The position numbers and the translations under genes are program-made. A model generated the notes under the pieces. It searched no databases, was not told the origin of the DNA, and worked only from the letters and a program-made list of their open reading frames with translations. From the NCBI GenBank assembly GCA_025361585.1, contig JANYKK010000161.1, forward strand, positions 1-51,232: a stretch of DNA of 51,232 nucleotides, read 5' to 3'. The stretch is from Methylobacter sp. (GTDB taxonomy: Bacteria; Pseudomonadota; Gammaproteobacteria; Methylococcales; Methylomonadaceae). Each line of letters starts with the position of its first letter. Position 1 is the stretch's first letter. Shown piece by piece: positions 40,892 to 51,232 of the stretch.

Positions 40892-43800
40892 ATGTCAAAC
40901 AATATCGCTTTTACGTCGAGTCTACGGTCAAAATTAATCCTGATGGCGGCTATTCCGGCCCTAGCCCTGCTGTATTTTGCCGGGTCGGGAGTTCTTGAGA
41001 GACTGTCGACTTCTAAAGAAATGACTAAGCTGGAATCCTTGGTCGATGTGTCTGTAAAAATCGGTGCTTTAGTGCATGAAATGCAGAAAGAGCGCGGCAT
41101 GAGCGCCTCTTTTATCGGCAGCAATGGCGTCAAGTTTGCCGCTGAGTTACCGGCGCAACGCGTGAAAACCGATAAGGCTGTTGAGACGTTGCAAACGACA
41201 CTGAAAAGCTTTGATCCAGCCAGCTACAGTGAAGGGCTTAAGACTCTGCTGGATGTTGCGGTTGGCAATTTGGGTGAGCTGGCCGCCAAGCGCGGCATCA
41301 TCAGTGCGCTCGGCATGGATGGAACGCAATCTAGCGCTTATTACACTAAAACTATCGGCTCCCTGCTTGATGTGCCTGCCCAGGTCTCCACGCTTAGTAG
41401 TCATAGCGAAATTTCCCGTTTGGCTTCTTCATATTCAAGTTTACTTAAAGCTAAGGAACGTGCCGGTATGGAGCGGGCCTTGCTGACTACGGTGTTTGCC
41501 GCTGACCAGTTTACGCCAGATACCCAGAGCCGATTTTTGAAAAACTTCTCTGCTCAGGATGTCTATACCGATATGTTTTTGGCCTACGCGTTGGACAGCC
41601 AAAAAGAGTTTTACAAGACTAAGGTCTCTGGCCCTGCCGTCGATGAAGTGGCCAGAATCAAGAAAATCGCGATGGACAAAGGTACTGAGCCGGGATTAGG
41701 CATTGATCCTGCCTACTGGTTCAAAACCGTGACCGAGAAAATCGACTTGATCAAGGAGGTCGAGAATAAACTCTCTGGCGACCTGCTCGATGCAGCAAGC
41801 AAATTCAAGAGCGACGCCCGGCGCATGGAGATATTTTTCATTGCGTTAACCATCCTGGCCCTCCTGATAACTATAGTATTGACCTTTTTTATCAGCCGGG
41901 AGATTTTGCGTTCAATTAACACGCTACAGCAGGTGGCTAGTGCGATTGCCAGCGGCGATTTGAGTTCCAGTATCGACACTTCCCTAAAGGATGAGCTGGG
42001 GGAATTGTTCCGTTCCATGAGCACCATGCAGAAATTATTGCTGGCACGCATCACCAAAGAACACAAGGAGCACGACGAAGCCCTGCGCCTCAAAATTGCG
42101 CTGGATGGTATTACGTCTAACGTGATGGTGGCCGACAATGAGCGCAACATTATTTATATCAATCCGGCGGTACTCGCTATGCTGGAGCACGCAGAGTCGG
42201 ATATACGCAAGGCCTTGCCCAAGTTTGATACCAGTAAATTGTTGGGGGAAAATATGGATATTTTTCACAAGAATCCTGCGCATCAACAACAATTGCTGGC
42301 AAGTTTCAGCTCAACCTTTCGTAGTGAGATTCACGTTGGAGGACGCACTTTTTATTTGATAGCCAATCCCATTAGTGATGAGCAGGGACAGCGTATCGGC
42401 TCGGTAGTGGAATGGAAAGACCGAACCGCTGAAGTGGCTATCGAGCAGGAAGTCGCCAAAGTGGTCAGCGGCGCCGTATTAGGCGATTTCAAACAGCGCA
42501 TTAACGAGGGGGATAAGGAAGGCTTCTTTCTGCAATTGGCGCACGGCGTTAATGAATTGATGGAGACCAGCTCTACCGGCCTGGATGAAGTGGTGCGCGT
42601 GTTGGGCGCACTGTCCCGAGGCGACCTGACCGAAACCATTACCAATGACTATGCGGGGACTTTCGGCCAACTTAAAGACGATTCTAATTCCACCGTGGAA
42701 AAACTGAAAGAGCTTGTCGGTCAAATCAAGGATGCTTCCGAGTCGATTAATACCGCAGCGAAAGAAATTGCAGCAGGCAACAATGATCTGTCGCACCGTA
42801 CCGAAGAACAGGCTGCCAGTTTGGAAGAAACCGCCGCCAGTATGGAGGAGTTGACTTCTACCGTGCAGGCTAATAGTCAAAACGCCAAGCATGCCAATCA
42901 GCTTGCTGTAGGAGCAACGGATATTGCAGGTAAGGGGGTTCAAGTAGTCGGTCAGGTGGTATCGACTATGGAAGATATTAATGAATCTTCGCGTAAAGTT
43001 GTGGACATCATCTCGGTGATAGACGGCATTGCATTCCAAACCAATATTCTGGCGCTCAATGCCGCAGTAGAAGCGGCTCGTGCCGGAGAACAAGGCCGGG
43101 GCTTTGCGGTGGTGGCCGTCGAAGTGCGCAATCTCGCGCAACGTGCGGCAGCCGCAGCAGCGGAAATCAAAGGGCTGATCGGTGATTCGGTGGAAAAGGT
43201 TGAGGACGGCACAAAATTGGTTGCCCAGGCCGGGAAAACCATGGAAGAGATTGTTGCTGCCATCCGTGGCGTGACCACCATCATGTCCGAGATCAGTGCG
43301 GCCTCGATGGAACAAACATCCGGCATCGAGCAGGTTAATCAGGCCATAGGCCAAATGGACGATGTGACCCAGCAAAACGCCGCTTTGGTAGAACAGGCCG
43401 CCGCCGCAGCGGAATCTCTGGAAGAGCAAACGCAAACTTTGGCGGTTACCGTGTCGCACTTTAAGTTGGACGGAAATTCACGAGGTTTTACTGGATTTGC
43501 CAATGCTGAGCCGGTGCGTACGGTTAGCCAAGCCAGCATAAAAAGCGCTCCTGCCAAGAAAGAGTCTTATCAAAATACGCCCGTATCCAATAACCTCGGC
43601 ATAGACTTGGATAAGGCGCTTGAGAAACATTCCGAGTGGAAGGTGAAGCTTCGTACCGCCATATCAAAACGCGAAGAAATGGATGCGGCAACGATTTCAA
43701 GAGACGATTGTTGCGATTTCGGTAAATGGCTGCACCACGACGTTAAGTCTCTCCTTGCCCATGAGCCGAGTTATGCGGATTGTGTGTCCAAACATGCGGC

Positions 43801-44026
43801 TTTTCATTTCGAGGCTGGAAGAATAGCCAATATGATTAATGCAAAAAAATACAGCGAGGCGGAAGCAATGCTGGGTAACGGATCCGCGTTCGTTGCCGCG
43901 TCAACGGCAGTGGGGGTTACAATCATGCGTTTGAAAAAAGATTTCAGTTCTTCGTCAAGCACCGTTGTGGCCAAGCCGAAACCCCAGTCAAAACCGGTTG
44001 CCAGCGATGAATGGGAGGAGTTTTGA
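40892..44026 (+). CDS. Methyl-accepting chemotaxis protein (NIT-like sensor, HAMP, Aer2-type PAS, MA, CZB, C-terminal pentapeptide)
   Basis: [68 protein letters not shown], terminal EWEEF. Confidence 0.93.
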   Translation: MSNNIAFTSSLRSKLILMAAIPALALLYFAGSGVLERLSTSKEMTKLESLVDVSVKIGALVHEMQKERGMSASFIGSNGVKFAAELPAQRVKTDKAVETLQTTLKSFDPASYSEGLKTLLDVAVGNLGELAAKRGIISALGMDGTQSSAYYTKTIGSLLDVPAQVSTLSSHSEISRLASSYSSLLKAKERAGMERALLTTVFAADQFTPDTQSRFLKNFSAQDVYTDMFLAYALDSQKEFYKTKVSGPAVDEVARIKKIAMDKGTEPGLGIDPAYWFKTVTEKIDLIKEVENKLSGDLLDAASKFKSDARRMEIFFIALTILALLITIVLTFFISREILRSINTLQQVASAIASGDLSSSIDTSLKDELGELFRSMSTMQKLLLARITKEHKEHDEALRLKIALDGITSNVMVADNERNIIYINPAVLAMLEHAESDIRKALPKFDTSKLLGENMDIFHKNPAHQQQLLASFSSTFRSEIHVGGRTFYLIANPISDEQGQRIGSVVEWKDRTAEVAIEQEVAKVVSGAVLGDFKQRINEGDKEGFFLQLAHGVNELMETSSTGLDEVVRVLGALSRGDLTETITNDYAGTFGQLKDDSNSTVEKLKELVGQIKDASESINTAAKEIAAGNNDLSHRTEEQAASLEETAASMEELTSTVQANSQNAKHANQLAVGATDIAGKGVQVVGQVVSTMEDINESSRKVVDIISVIDGIAFQTNILALNAAVEAARAGEQGRGFAVVAVEVRNLAQRAAAAAAEIKGLIGDSVEKVEDGTKLVAQAGKTMEEIVAAIRGVTTIMSEISAASMEQTSGIEQVNQAIGQMDDVTQQNAALVEQAAAAAESLEEQTQTLAVTVSHFKLDGNSRGFTGFANAEPVRTVSQASIKSAPAKKESYQNTPVSNNLGIDLDKALEKHSEWKVKLRTAISKREEMDAATISRDDCCDFGKWLHHDVKSLLAHEPSYADCVSKHAAFHFEAGRIANMINAKKYSEAEAMLGNGSAFVAASTAVGVTIMRLKKDFSSSSSTVVAKPKPQSKPVASDEWEEF

Positions 44027-44069
44027 TTTGTTTTTGGTTTAGGTGATCGAAAGGTCGCCTGGACAAGGC

Positions 44070-44870
44070 CTATTTTTTATTTAAAGCCAGTTTGGCTTGG
44101 TTCCATAAAACATCCAATTCGGCCAGTTCGCAGTCTTTCAAGTTCAGGCCGGATGCTTCAACCTGTTGTTCTATGTGTTGAAAGCGTCTGGAGAATTTTT
44201 TAGTGCTCTCCTTGAGTGCGACTTCTGCATTGACGTTTAAATGTCGGGCCAGATTAACAGTAACCAGCAATAAGTCGCCGATTTCTTCCTGAATATGGGC
44301 CTGATCGCCGGACTGCCAAGCCTCTTTCACCTCATCCAGTTCTTCCAGCACTTTGTCAAAAACCGGCAACACATCCGGCCAGTCAAAGCCATGATTTGCC
44401 GCGCGATCTTGTATTTTTTCACACTCGATCAATGCCGGAAGATTGCGGGCCACGCCGGATAACACGCTGTCCGGTTCAACCGTTTTGTTTTTCTTCTGGC
44501 GTTCGATGGCTTTTTCTTGTTCCCAGGCTTGATGGCGTTCTTCATCGGTGTTGAAAACGGCGTCGGAAAAAACATGCGGATGGCGGCGGATCAGTTTGTC
44601 GCAAATGCCTTCCGAAACTTGCTCAAAAGTGAACAATCCTTGTTCCTCGGCGATCTGGGCATGGAACACCACCTGCAACAGCAGGTCGCCCAGTTCCGAG
44701 CGCAAATCATCCAGGTCATTGCGCTCAATCGCATCGACGACTTCGTAAGCTTCTTCGATCAGGTAGGGGATCAGGCTGGTGAAATCCTGCTTCACATCCC
44801 ACGCGCAGCCTTGTTCAGGGTGGCGCAGGCGCGACATGATGTCTAGGAGGTTTTGGGTGTGTTTTAGCAT
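44070..44870 (-). CDS. mazG: Nucleoside triphosphate pyrophosphohydrolase
   Basis: GCAWD, EEAYEV, ELGDLLLQVVFH, KLIRRHPHVF, EEIGDLL. Confidence 0.96.
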   Translation of the reverse strand: MLKHTQNLLDIMSRLRHPEQGCAWDVKQDFTSLIPYLIEEAYEVVDAIERNDLDDLRSELGDLLLQVVFHAQIAEEQGLFTFEQVSEGICDKLIRRHPHVFSDAVFNTDEERHQAWEQEKAIERQKKNKTVEPDSVLSGVARNLPALIECEKIQDRAANHGFDWPDVLPVFDKVLEELDEVKEAWQSGDQAHIQEEIGDLLLVTVNLARHLNVNAEVALKESTKKFSRRFQHIEQQVEASGLNLKDCELAELDVLWNQAKLALNKK

Positions 44871-44896
44871 GAATAGATTGTTGTAATGGTTTTAAA

Positions 44897-44951
44897 TCAC
44901 CACGAAGACACGAAGGGCACGAAGTTTTATTTCTTCGTGTCTTCGTGGTGA
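44897..44951. repeat. CACGAAG-unit inverted repeat between the pfkB-like gene and mazG
   Basis: tcaccacgaagacacgaagggcacgaag ... cttcgtgtcttcgtggtga. Confidence 0.88.
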
Positions 44952-44984
44952 AAATTTCTTAGTTATCGAGTGATCGGTTAACGA

Positions 44985-45917
44985 TTAAAACGAAGAGCCA
45001 AAATTCTCGCGGTATCGCAGCTTGAAAGACTCCATATCGAACGAATGATTCTGGGTGCCGTTGTTTTCGATTTTAATCGCGCCCATCAAAGAGGCAACCC
45101 TGCCGGTCACTTCCCAGCCCAAGTCATTCATCAGGCCGTATAAAAGCCCTGCGCGATAGGAGTCGCCGCAACCGGTCGGATCAAGTATCTCCTTGGGTTT
45201 TGCCGCAGGAATGGTGATGCATTCGCCGCGGGTGTATATTTGAGAACCTTGGCTACCCAAGGTAATGATCAGTGCATCAACCCGCTCAGCCATTTGTTCC
45301 AGCGACAGTCCGGTACGTTCCTGCATTAGCTCGGATTCGTAATCGTTCAAGGTTACCCAGGTTGCCTGATCGATAAACTTGAGCAATTCTTTGCCATTAA
45401 ACATAGGCATGCCCTGGCCCGGATCGAAAATAAACGGTATATCCAGCTCGGCAAACTGTTCGGCATGTAATTGCATGCCTTCCTTGCCGTCCGGGGACAC
45501 AATGCCGATGCTGATTTTCCGGTTGGTCGGCACTGAATTTAAATGCGAAAAACTCATTGCGCCGGGATGGAAAGCGGTAATCTGGTTGGCTTCTTCGTCG
45601 GTGGTGATATAGGCTTGGCCGGTATAACTGTTGTCCAGAATCTTGATAAACTCGCTGGATAACTGGTTCTGCGCCATCCATTGGGCATAAGGTTCAAAAT
45701 CATGTCCAACGGTAGCCATGGTCAACGGCTCTTCGCCCAGCAATTTCAGGTTGTAGGCAATGTTGCCCGCACAGCCGCCGTATTCGCGCCGCATCACCGG
45801 CACCAGGAATGAGACATTCAGGATGTGGATTTTTTCCGGCAAAATGTGATGTTTGAATTTATCATGAAAAACCATGATGGTATCGTAAGCCATAGACCCA
45901 CAGATTAATGCGCTCAT
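44985..45917 (-). CDS. PfkB-family carbohydrate/nucleoside kinase
   Basis: GSMAYD, GGCAGNIAY, FDPGQ, DPTGCGDSYRAG. Confidence 0.92.
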   Translation of the reverse strand: MSALICGSMAYDTIMVFHDKFKHHILPEKIHILNVSFLVPVMRREYGGCAGNIAYNLKLLGEEPLTMATVGHDFEPYAQWMAQNQLSSEFIKILDNSYTGQAYITTDEEANQITAFHPGAMSFSHLNSVPTNRKISIGIVSPDGKEGMQLHAEQFAELDIPFIFDPGQGMPMFNGKELLKFIDQATWVTLNDYESELMQERTGLSLEQMAERVDALIITLGSQGSQIYTRGECITIPAAKPKEILDPTGCGDSYRAGLLYGLMNDLGWEVTGRVASLMGAIKIENNGTQNHSFDMESFKLRYRENFGSSF

Positions 45918-45930
45918 TGCGTTCCTCTTT

Positions 45931-45980
45931 ATTGTCAGGGATGATGTGTATGCCGCAAGACTGCTGGGAGCAGTCGCGGC
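45931..45980 (+). repeat. Intergenic NGGA repeat copy
   Basis: attgtcAGGGAtgatgtgtatgccgcaagactgcTGGGAgcagtcgcggc. The 5' part is 22/23 identical to the minC copy and the 3' part 29/31 identical to the ftsQ inner copy. Confidence 0.9.
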
Positions 45981-46192
45981 TTAAAGTAGAATTAATGCCT
46001 AGGTTACCGCTTCCAGATCATTTACATTATAACAGCCGCCGACCCTATGTCTTTGATGCGACCCGATACGATTGCGTATTTAAGCAGGAATTGCGCATAA
46101 AGCATAGAAGCCGGACTGATAAAATGGCATATTTTGGATAACAGTTATTTTAGCCGCTATTGTTGCGGCAGTTACGGAAGAGAAATTTAACC

Positions 46193-46669
46193 ATGGCTAT
46201 AGAAATAGAACATAAATTTTTGCTCGCTACCGATGACTGGCGCAATCACGTCAGCCGCTCGGTCAAATACCGGCAAGGCTATTTAAGTTCACAGGCAACC
46301 AGCTCAATCAGGGTGCGCACCAGCGATGAGCATGCGTGGCTGAATATTAAAACGGCGACTATCGGCACTCACCGGCATGAATATGAATATGAAATTCCGA
46401 TGGCTGATGCAGATGAGATATTAAACAATCTTTGCCGGAAACCCATCATCGAAAAAACCCGTCATTTCGTCACCGATGACGGCCATCTTTGGGAAATAGA
46501 TGAATTTGAAGGCGACAATCAGGGCTTGATAGTCGCCGAAATTGAATTGGACGAAACAGGGCAGTCTTTTTCAAAACCGTCCTGGTTAGGCGAGGAAGTT
46601 ACCGGGGACTTGCGTTATTACAACAACAATCTGGCGGTGCATTCGTATTCGGAATGGCGAGAAGATTGA
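46193..46669 (+). CDS. CYTH-domain protein
   Basis: EIEHKFL (ExExK), RVR, EKTRH, WEIDEF, VAEIEL. Confidence 0.93.
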   Translation: MAIEIEHKFLLATDDWRNHVSRSVKYRQGYLSSQATSSIRVRTSDEHAWLNIKTATIGTHRHEYEYEIPMADADEILNNLCRKPIIEKTRHFVTDDGHLWEIDEFEGDNQGLIVAEIELDETGQSFSKPSWLGEEVTGDLRYYNNNLAVHSYSEWRED

Positions 46670-46742
46670 TTGTTTCATGCGCTTATTTAAATATCATGAG
46701 TTTTAGCCACCTTTCGTCAAACGAAGCTATCCGTCGCAGTTA

Positions 46743-46921
46743 AACCTAGAAAAATCATTTCGTCTACGAAAACCAAAAGTAGGCGCCTCTAGGCGACACA
46801 AAAAATCACAAAATGTTTCAAAGAGTTATCAAATTGCAGCTCATTGCCCAAAGGGTGGGTCGCTAAATCAATACAGCGTATTGTTTCGTGCTTTTCGTGG
46901 ATAAACTGCGGTTTTTAGGCT
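46743..46921 (+). mobile_element. MITE-like ~160-180 bp repeat, copy 1, carrying a 23-nt insert at 46773-46795
   Basis: Aligns end to end with 47760-47919: gtc(t/c)acgaaaaacacaaaaa...aaatcaataca...aactgcggtttttagg. Confidence 0.8.
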
Positions 46922-47015
46922 AAATGGTGCGTTTAACAAACTCGGCATTCAATCGTGCAATGCTTTCTGCTAGAATAGCGCCCTAAATTAAAAATCAACT
47001 TTCCGGGTAATAATT

Positions 47016-47339
47016 ATGGCTTTTGTCGTCACTGAAAACTGTATTAAATGCAAATTTACTGATTGTGTAGATGTTTGCCCTGTCGATTGCTTTCATGAAG
47101 GCCCTAACTTTCTGGTTATCGATCCTGATGAGTGTATTGACTGCACGTTATGCGAACCGGAATGTCCTGCTAACGCAATTTTCGCAGAAGATGAATTGCC
47201 GGAAGGACAGGAAGGCTTTGCTGCGATGAATGCAGAACTGGCCAAGCAATGGCCTGTTATTACGGACGTAAAACCGGCTTTGCCCGATGCGGACGAGTGG
47301 AACGGGAAAGAAGACAAGCTCAAGTTTCTGGAAAAATAA
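47016..47339 (+). CDS. fdxA: 7Fe ferredoxin (FdI type)
   Basis: [38 protein letters not shown]. Confidence 0.96.
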   Translation: MAFVVTENCIKCKFTDCVDVCPVDCFHEGPNFLVIDPDECIDCTLCEPECPANAIFAEDELPEGQEGFAAMNAELAKQWPVITDVKPALPDADEWNGKEDKLKFLEK

Positions 47340-47375
47340 CCCGTACCCGGACGGTTCGAGCTGTAGTGTGTCGGT

Positions 47376-47399
47376 CGGGCAGCGAAAAGCGGCTGCCCG
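47376..47399. terminator. GC-rich hairpin between convergent genes (terminator or REP-like)
   Basis: cgggcagc-gaaaagcg-gctgcccg; no clear U-tract. Confidence 0.45.
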
Positions 47400-47405
47400 C
47401 CAGAG

Positions 47406-47693
47406 CTACAAAACAGAAACGATCAACGCAAACACGAAGACGAAAATTACAAAAAGCGCAAACGCGCCTGTTTTAGTCAGCCCCGCCCATATCAGCTTCA
47501 ATTCTTCCAGCAATGCCTGCTTAACCTCATTCGAGGTCAGGATTCTTTTGCATCGTCCGCGCAAAGTTTGCATTTCCTCCAGCGCCTCCTGTTCGGCAAT
47601 AATCTCGGTAATTTTTGAGTAAAAACTGCCGCATTCAGGACATTTCATAGCTTGGTCGTTACGCGGATGACCGCACACTGAACATTTATTCAT
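47406..47693 (-). CDS. Hypothetical protein with an N-terminal zinc ribbon and a C-terminal TM helix
   Basis: SD ggagga, MNKCSVC...CPECG, hydrophobic C-terminus. Confidence 0.75.
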   Translation of the reverse strand: MNKCSVCGHPRNDQAMKCPECGSFYSKITEIIAEQEALEEMQTLRGRCKRILTSNEVKQALLEELKLIWAGLTKTGAFALFVIFVFVFALIVSVL

Positions 47694-47759
47694 ATATCCT
47701 CCAAAAAGTATTTCTTTAAAACCCGTCGACACACCGCTACGCTGCTTCTGCATCCATTC

Positions 47760-47919
47760 AGCCGGGATAATTTATTTTGTCCACGAAAAACACAAAAACT
47801 ATTCAAAATAGTTGCCAAGCTGTAGGTCATCACCTAAAGGGGAACGGTAAAATCAATACAACGCACTGACTCATTTTGTGTCTTTCGTGTTTTTTGTGGA
47901 CAACTGCGGTTTTTAGGTT
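47760..47919 (+). mobile_element. MITE-like repeat, copy 2
   Basis: Homologous to 46743-46921, with subterminal inverted arms gtccacgaaaaacac / gtgttttttgtggac. Abuts the stop codon of the next gene. Confidence 0.8.
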
Positions 47920-48233
47920 CAGTCGTCAATCCGGTACGGTTCCATCTGAATGGATTCAACCCGCTGCCCCAGTATCATACAAATGCCGTTATAGCGCTCA
48001 TTCCCGGTTGAAGAAAATTCAAATAAAAATGCCCGGTGCAGGCGCAGTTTCCCGGTTTGCTCCCGTTTAAACCGGATGCCGCTTAAGGCGACATACTCAT
48101 CGAGCATTTGCACGTCCAGATTCAGGCAATGAGCCCTGACCGCTTTAAGCGCGATCTCCTTCGCCTGCTGCGCATTAAACCAATACAGGTATGCGCACAG
48201 CAATAAAGCTATTAAAATAAAGTCGTCCAGCAT
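47919..48233 (-). CDS. DUF3301-like protein
   Basis: N-terminal TM, KEIA..C...VQMLD, FEFSSTGNERYNG. Confidence 0.8.
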   Translation of the reverse strand: MLDDFILIALLLCAYLYWFNAQQAKEIALKAVRAHCLNLDVQMLDEYVALSGIRFKREQTGKLRLHRAFLFEFSSTGNERYNGICMILGQRVESIQMEPYRIDD

Positions 48234-48311
48234 AGGTTATGATTGGTGTTGTTAGACTAGGTTCGCTCTATTGTACTCAGATTTGTCGGTAAATCCTCGA
48301 AGGAGAAAAAT

Positions 48312-48725
48312 ATGAAACTTCCTATTACCGGCGGCTGCCTTTGCGGGGCAGTCAGATATGAAATCTCGGCCGAACCCCTCGGCGGATTCAACTGCCATTG
48401 CCGAACCTGTCAGAAAGCGATAGGCGCGCCTTATTTTGCAGGCCTATTTGTTCCAGCTTCGGCCTTGTCCATCACCGGCAACTATAAGGAATATGCAACT
48501 ATTGCGGCCAGCGGCAACACCGTTTACCGCGCTTTTTGCCCTGAATGTGGAACCTCGCTGTTCGGCAGGAACAGCGCCTTTACCGACATCAGGCCGGTTG
48601 CAGCCGCAACCCTTGACGCCCCCAGTATTTTTCAGCCGCAAAAAGATATATGGGTGGCGGACGCCCAGCCATGGGACACTATGAATCCCGATTTGCCGAA
48701 ATTTGACGGCAATCCTTGGCATTAA
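48312..48725 (+). CDS. GFA/CENP-V family protein
   Basis: GGCLCGAVRY, CHCRTCQK, FCPECGT. Confidence 0.92.
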   Translation: MKLPITGGCLCGAVRYEISAEPLGGFNCHCRTCQKAIGAPYFAGLFVPASALSITGNYKEYATIAASGNTVYRAFCPECGTSLFGRNSAFTDIRPVAAATLDAPSIFQPQKDIWVADAQPWDTMNPDLPKFDGNPWH

Positions 48726-48742
48726 CTTTCTTGGAGAACTTA

Positions 48743-49414
48743 ATGAATTCCATGCAATTGAGCGCGATTGAAATACAGCCTGAAGCAGAGCATAAATATT
48801 CAGTGATATGGCTGCACGGCTTAGGCGCGGACGGCCATGATTTTGAGGGACTGGTTCCCGAGCTGAATTTAACCGCCAAAGCCAACATCCATTTCATATT
48901 CCCCAACGCGCCGATCCAGCCGGTCACGATCAACGGCGGCATGTCGATGCGCTCCTGGTACGATATTTTGGAGATGTCGCTGGAACGCCGCGTTGATATT
49001 GACGGCATCTACCAGTCAGCCGACCTGATTGAACCGCTGATTCAACGGGAAATAGACCTGGGCATCCCATCGACAAATATCTTGCTGGCCGGATTTTCCC
49101 AAGGCGGTGTGATTGCGCTTCATGCCGGACTAAGATACCCGCAGCCATTGGCTGGAATTGTCGCGCTGTCGACTTATTTGCCGACTATCGAGCAGTTAAC
49201 AACCGAGCGTTCCGCCGCCAACCATGCCGCGCCGATATTTATGGCTCACGGCATCATCGATCCCGTCGTGGCGGTCGAATCCGGCAAGGCCGCGTGCGAT
49301 ACGCTAAAGTCGATGGACTATGAAGTCGAATGGCATGATTATGTAATGGAACACAACCTTTGTGGCGAAGAAATCGAACACATTTCAGCGTTTATGAATT
49401 CGATTTTTAAATGA
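48743..49414 (+). CDS. Phospholipase/carboxylesterase (alpha/beta hydrolase)
   Basis: WLHGLGADG, GFSQGG, HG..DPVV, MEH; ATG at 48743 after GGAG. Confidence 0.93.
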   Translation: MNSMQLSAIEIQPEAEHKYSVIWLHGLGADGHDFEGLVPELNLTAKANIHFIFPNAPIQPVTINGGMSMRSWYDILEMSLERRVDIDGIYQSADLIEPLIQREIDLGIPSTNILLAGFSQGGVIALHAGLRYPQPLAGIVALSTYLPTIEQLTTERSAANHAAPIFMAHGIIDPVVAVESGKAACDTLKSMDYEVEWHDYVMEHNLCGEEIEHISAFMNSIFK

Positions 49415-49486
49415 TGTATGGCTCACGGTTTTAATGCGCGTCCGATTTGACCCCGGCTATTCTTGTCGGGATCAAGGCCATGGATT

Positions 49487-50788
49487 TTAACCTCGCTTAA
49501 TATGTTGCGGCGGTATGTCGCGTTTTGCCGCGCCGGTATAAAGCTGTCTTGGACGGCCTATTTTCTGTTCAGGATCCGCTATCATTTCATCCCAATGGGA
49601 AATCCAGCCGACGGTTCGGCCCATTGCGAACATCGCGGTAAACATATTGGTAGGTATGCCTAAGGCATGCAGCACGATGCCGGAATAATAATCGACGTTC
49701 GGATAGAGCTTTTTCTCGATGAAATACTCATCTTCAAGAGCAATACGCTCCAGTTCCAGGGCTAGTTTAAATATCTTGTCATCATGCAGGCCGAGTTCTG
49801 TGAGCACTTCATGGCAGGTTTCACGCATTAATTTGGCGCGCGGGTCATAATTTTTATAAACCCGATGACCAAAACCCATCAATCTGAACGAGTCGTTTTT
49901 ATCCTTGGCTTTGTTGATGAATTTATTGATATTCGAAACATCGCCGATCTCCTCCAACATATTGAGCACGGCTTCATTAGCACCGCCGTGGGCGGCTCCC
50001 CAAAGGCAGGCAATCCCGGCGGTAATGCAGGCGTAGGGGTTTGCGCCGCTGGAACCCGCTAAACGCACTGTCGAGGTCGAGGCATTTTGTTCGTGATCGG
50101 CATGCAGGATTAGTATTCTGTCCAGCGCTTTAACCAACACAGGGTTGGGTACGAAGTCATCGCAAGGCGTACCCAGCATCATGCGCATAAAGTTCTCGAC
50201 ATAACTGAGCTTGTTTTGCGGGTACATAAACGGCAAGCCAGTGCTGTATTTATGACACATCGCCACGATGGTCGGCACTTTGGCAATCAGGCGGATGGCG
50301 CTTAAGTCGCGATCTTTTTTGGATTTAATATCCAATGCATCATGATAAAACGCTGACAATGCGCCGACGACAGCAACCATGATAGCCATCGGGTGGGCAT
50401 CGCGGCGAAAGCCTTTAAAAAAGTTAGTCAGTTGGTCATGCACCATCGTGTGCAGGGTTATGGTGCTTTCGAACCCCTGCATTTCATCAGTGTTGGGCAG
50501 TTCACCATTCAGCAGCAGATAACAAACTTCCAAAAAAGTGCAATGTTCGGCAAGTTGTTCGATAGGATAACCGCGATACAGCAGTATCCCTTTTTCACCG
50601 TCTATATAGGTGATCGATGAGCTGCAACTGGCTGTTGAGGTAAAACCGGGGTCATAGGTAAACATGCCGGTTTTTTGATATAGCGTTTGAATGTCCACTA
50701 CATCGGGGCCAATAGTTCCAGATAAAATTGGTAACTCGCATAAAGCTTGAGCTTCCTCATTTAAGGTAACACTGCGCTGTTTAGTCAT
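49487..50788 (-). CDS. gltA: Type II citrate synthase
   Basis: [44 protein letters not shown]. Confidence 0.98.
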   Translation of the reverse strand: MTKQRSVTLNEEAQALCELPILSGTIGPDVVDIQTLYQKTGMFTYDPGFTSTASCSSSITYIDGEKGILLYRGYPIEQLAEHCTFLEVCYLLLNGELPNTDEMQGFESTITLHTMVHDQLTNFFKGFRRDAHPMAIMVAVVGALSAFYHDALDIKSKKDRDLSAIRLIAKVPTIVAMCHKYSTGLPFMYPQNKLSYVENFMRMMLGTPCDDFVPNPVLVKALDRILILHADHEQNASTSTVRLAGSSGANPYACITAGIACLWGAAHGGANEAVLNMLEEIGDVSNINKFINKAKDKNDSFRLMGFGHRVYKNYDPRAKLMRETCHEVLTELGLHDDKIFKLALELERIALEDEYFIEKKLYPNVDYYSGIVLHALGIPTNMFTAMFAMGRTVGWISHWDEMIADPEQKIGRPRQLYTGAAKRDIPPQHIKRG

Positions 50789-50939
50789 GGGTTTTCTCGG
50801 TTTTTAACAGGATCTGTAGCGTCATCGAATGGTTAGCTAAAATTTTAACTAGCCGATTGCGTAATTAATCTTGGTTATATTTTAAAGGGTGTTTACTTAA
50901 TACAGTAAAAAATATCTTTCATTTCCGCAAAGAATGAAT

Positions 50940-51232
50940 TCAAACCGAAACAGCCCGGTCTATGGCCTGTTTTGCCAGCTCGGTCACTTTAACCCAGTTT
51001 TTTGATTTTACCACATCCGCAGGCGCCAGCCACGATCCGCCAACACAGGCGACATTGCTTAGCTGCAAATAATTGTTGTAGTTTTCCGGCGAAATGCCGC
51101 CGGTTGGGCAAAAAGTCGCTTGGGGGACAGGCCCTGCGATGGATTTTAACATGGGTATGCCGCCTGCGGCTTCGGCCGGAAAAAATTTGAAATGATCCAG
51201 CCCATATTCCATGCCCAGCATCAGTTCCGATA
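50940..51232 (-). CDS. eda: KDPG/KHG aldolase (5' end outside the window)
   Basis: FKFFPAEAAGG, FCPTGGIS, CVGGSWL. Confidence 0.93.
   Translation of the reverse strand, partial: SELMLGMEYGLDHFKFFPAEAAGGIPMLKSIAGPVPQATFCPTGGISPENYNNYLQLSNVACVGGSWLAPADVVKSKNWVKVTELAKQAIDRAVSV

Noticed and set aside
42479-43459. 326-aa minus-strand ORF, plus many other 60-230 aa overlapping ORFs in the track
   Set aside because: Antisense or alternate-frame shadows of well-supported genes (here the MCP signalling domain), with no recognisable motifs.
47740-47764. Minus-strand cggctgaATGGAtgcagaag resembling hairpin 1 of the murD copy
   Set aside because: Only about 20 nt of similarity, no second hairpin, and it overlaps the MITE end. 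Possible but not counted.

Overview
A core chromosomal region of a gammaproteobacterium. A Methylococcales methanotroph such as Methylobacter is a plausible host, but that is inferred from gene content and protein style only. Gene order: lpoA (partial, minus), rsmI, rnpB, a complete dcw cluster (mraZ to lpxC), a DUF721/DciA-like gene, an NAD-reducing group 3d [NiFe]-hydrogenase operon hoxFUYHW followed by a hypA'-'hypB deletion scar, phoR-phoB, a solute-binding protein / GGDEF-EAL / secreted protein trio, minCDE plus a small winged-helix gene, TPP riboswitch and thiC, a universal stress protein, a NIT-PAS-CZB chemoreceptor, mazG, a PfkB kinase, a CYTH protein, fdxA, small hypotheticals, a GFA protein, a carboxylesterase, gltA and eda (partial). 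The main unusual signal is a ~50-70 bp dispersed repeat with two hairpins whose NGGA loops are conserved while the stems covary. It sits in frame in lpoA, ftsI, murF, murD (twice), ftsQ (nested), hoxF, the GGDEF gene and minC, and also occurs intergenically. Its first loop matches the CsrA/RsmA motif CANGGAUG. Other short palindromic families are in frame in murE and murG, and a 22-23 nt mini-element is nested inside other repeats. No transposase is present in the window. All alignments were done by eye.
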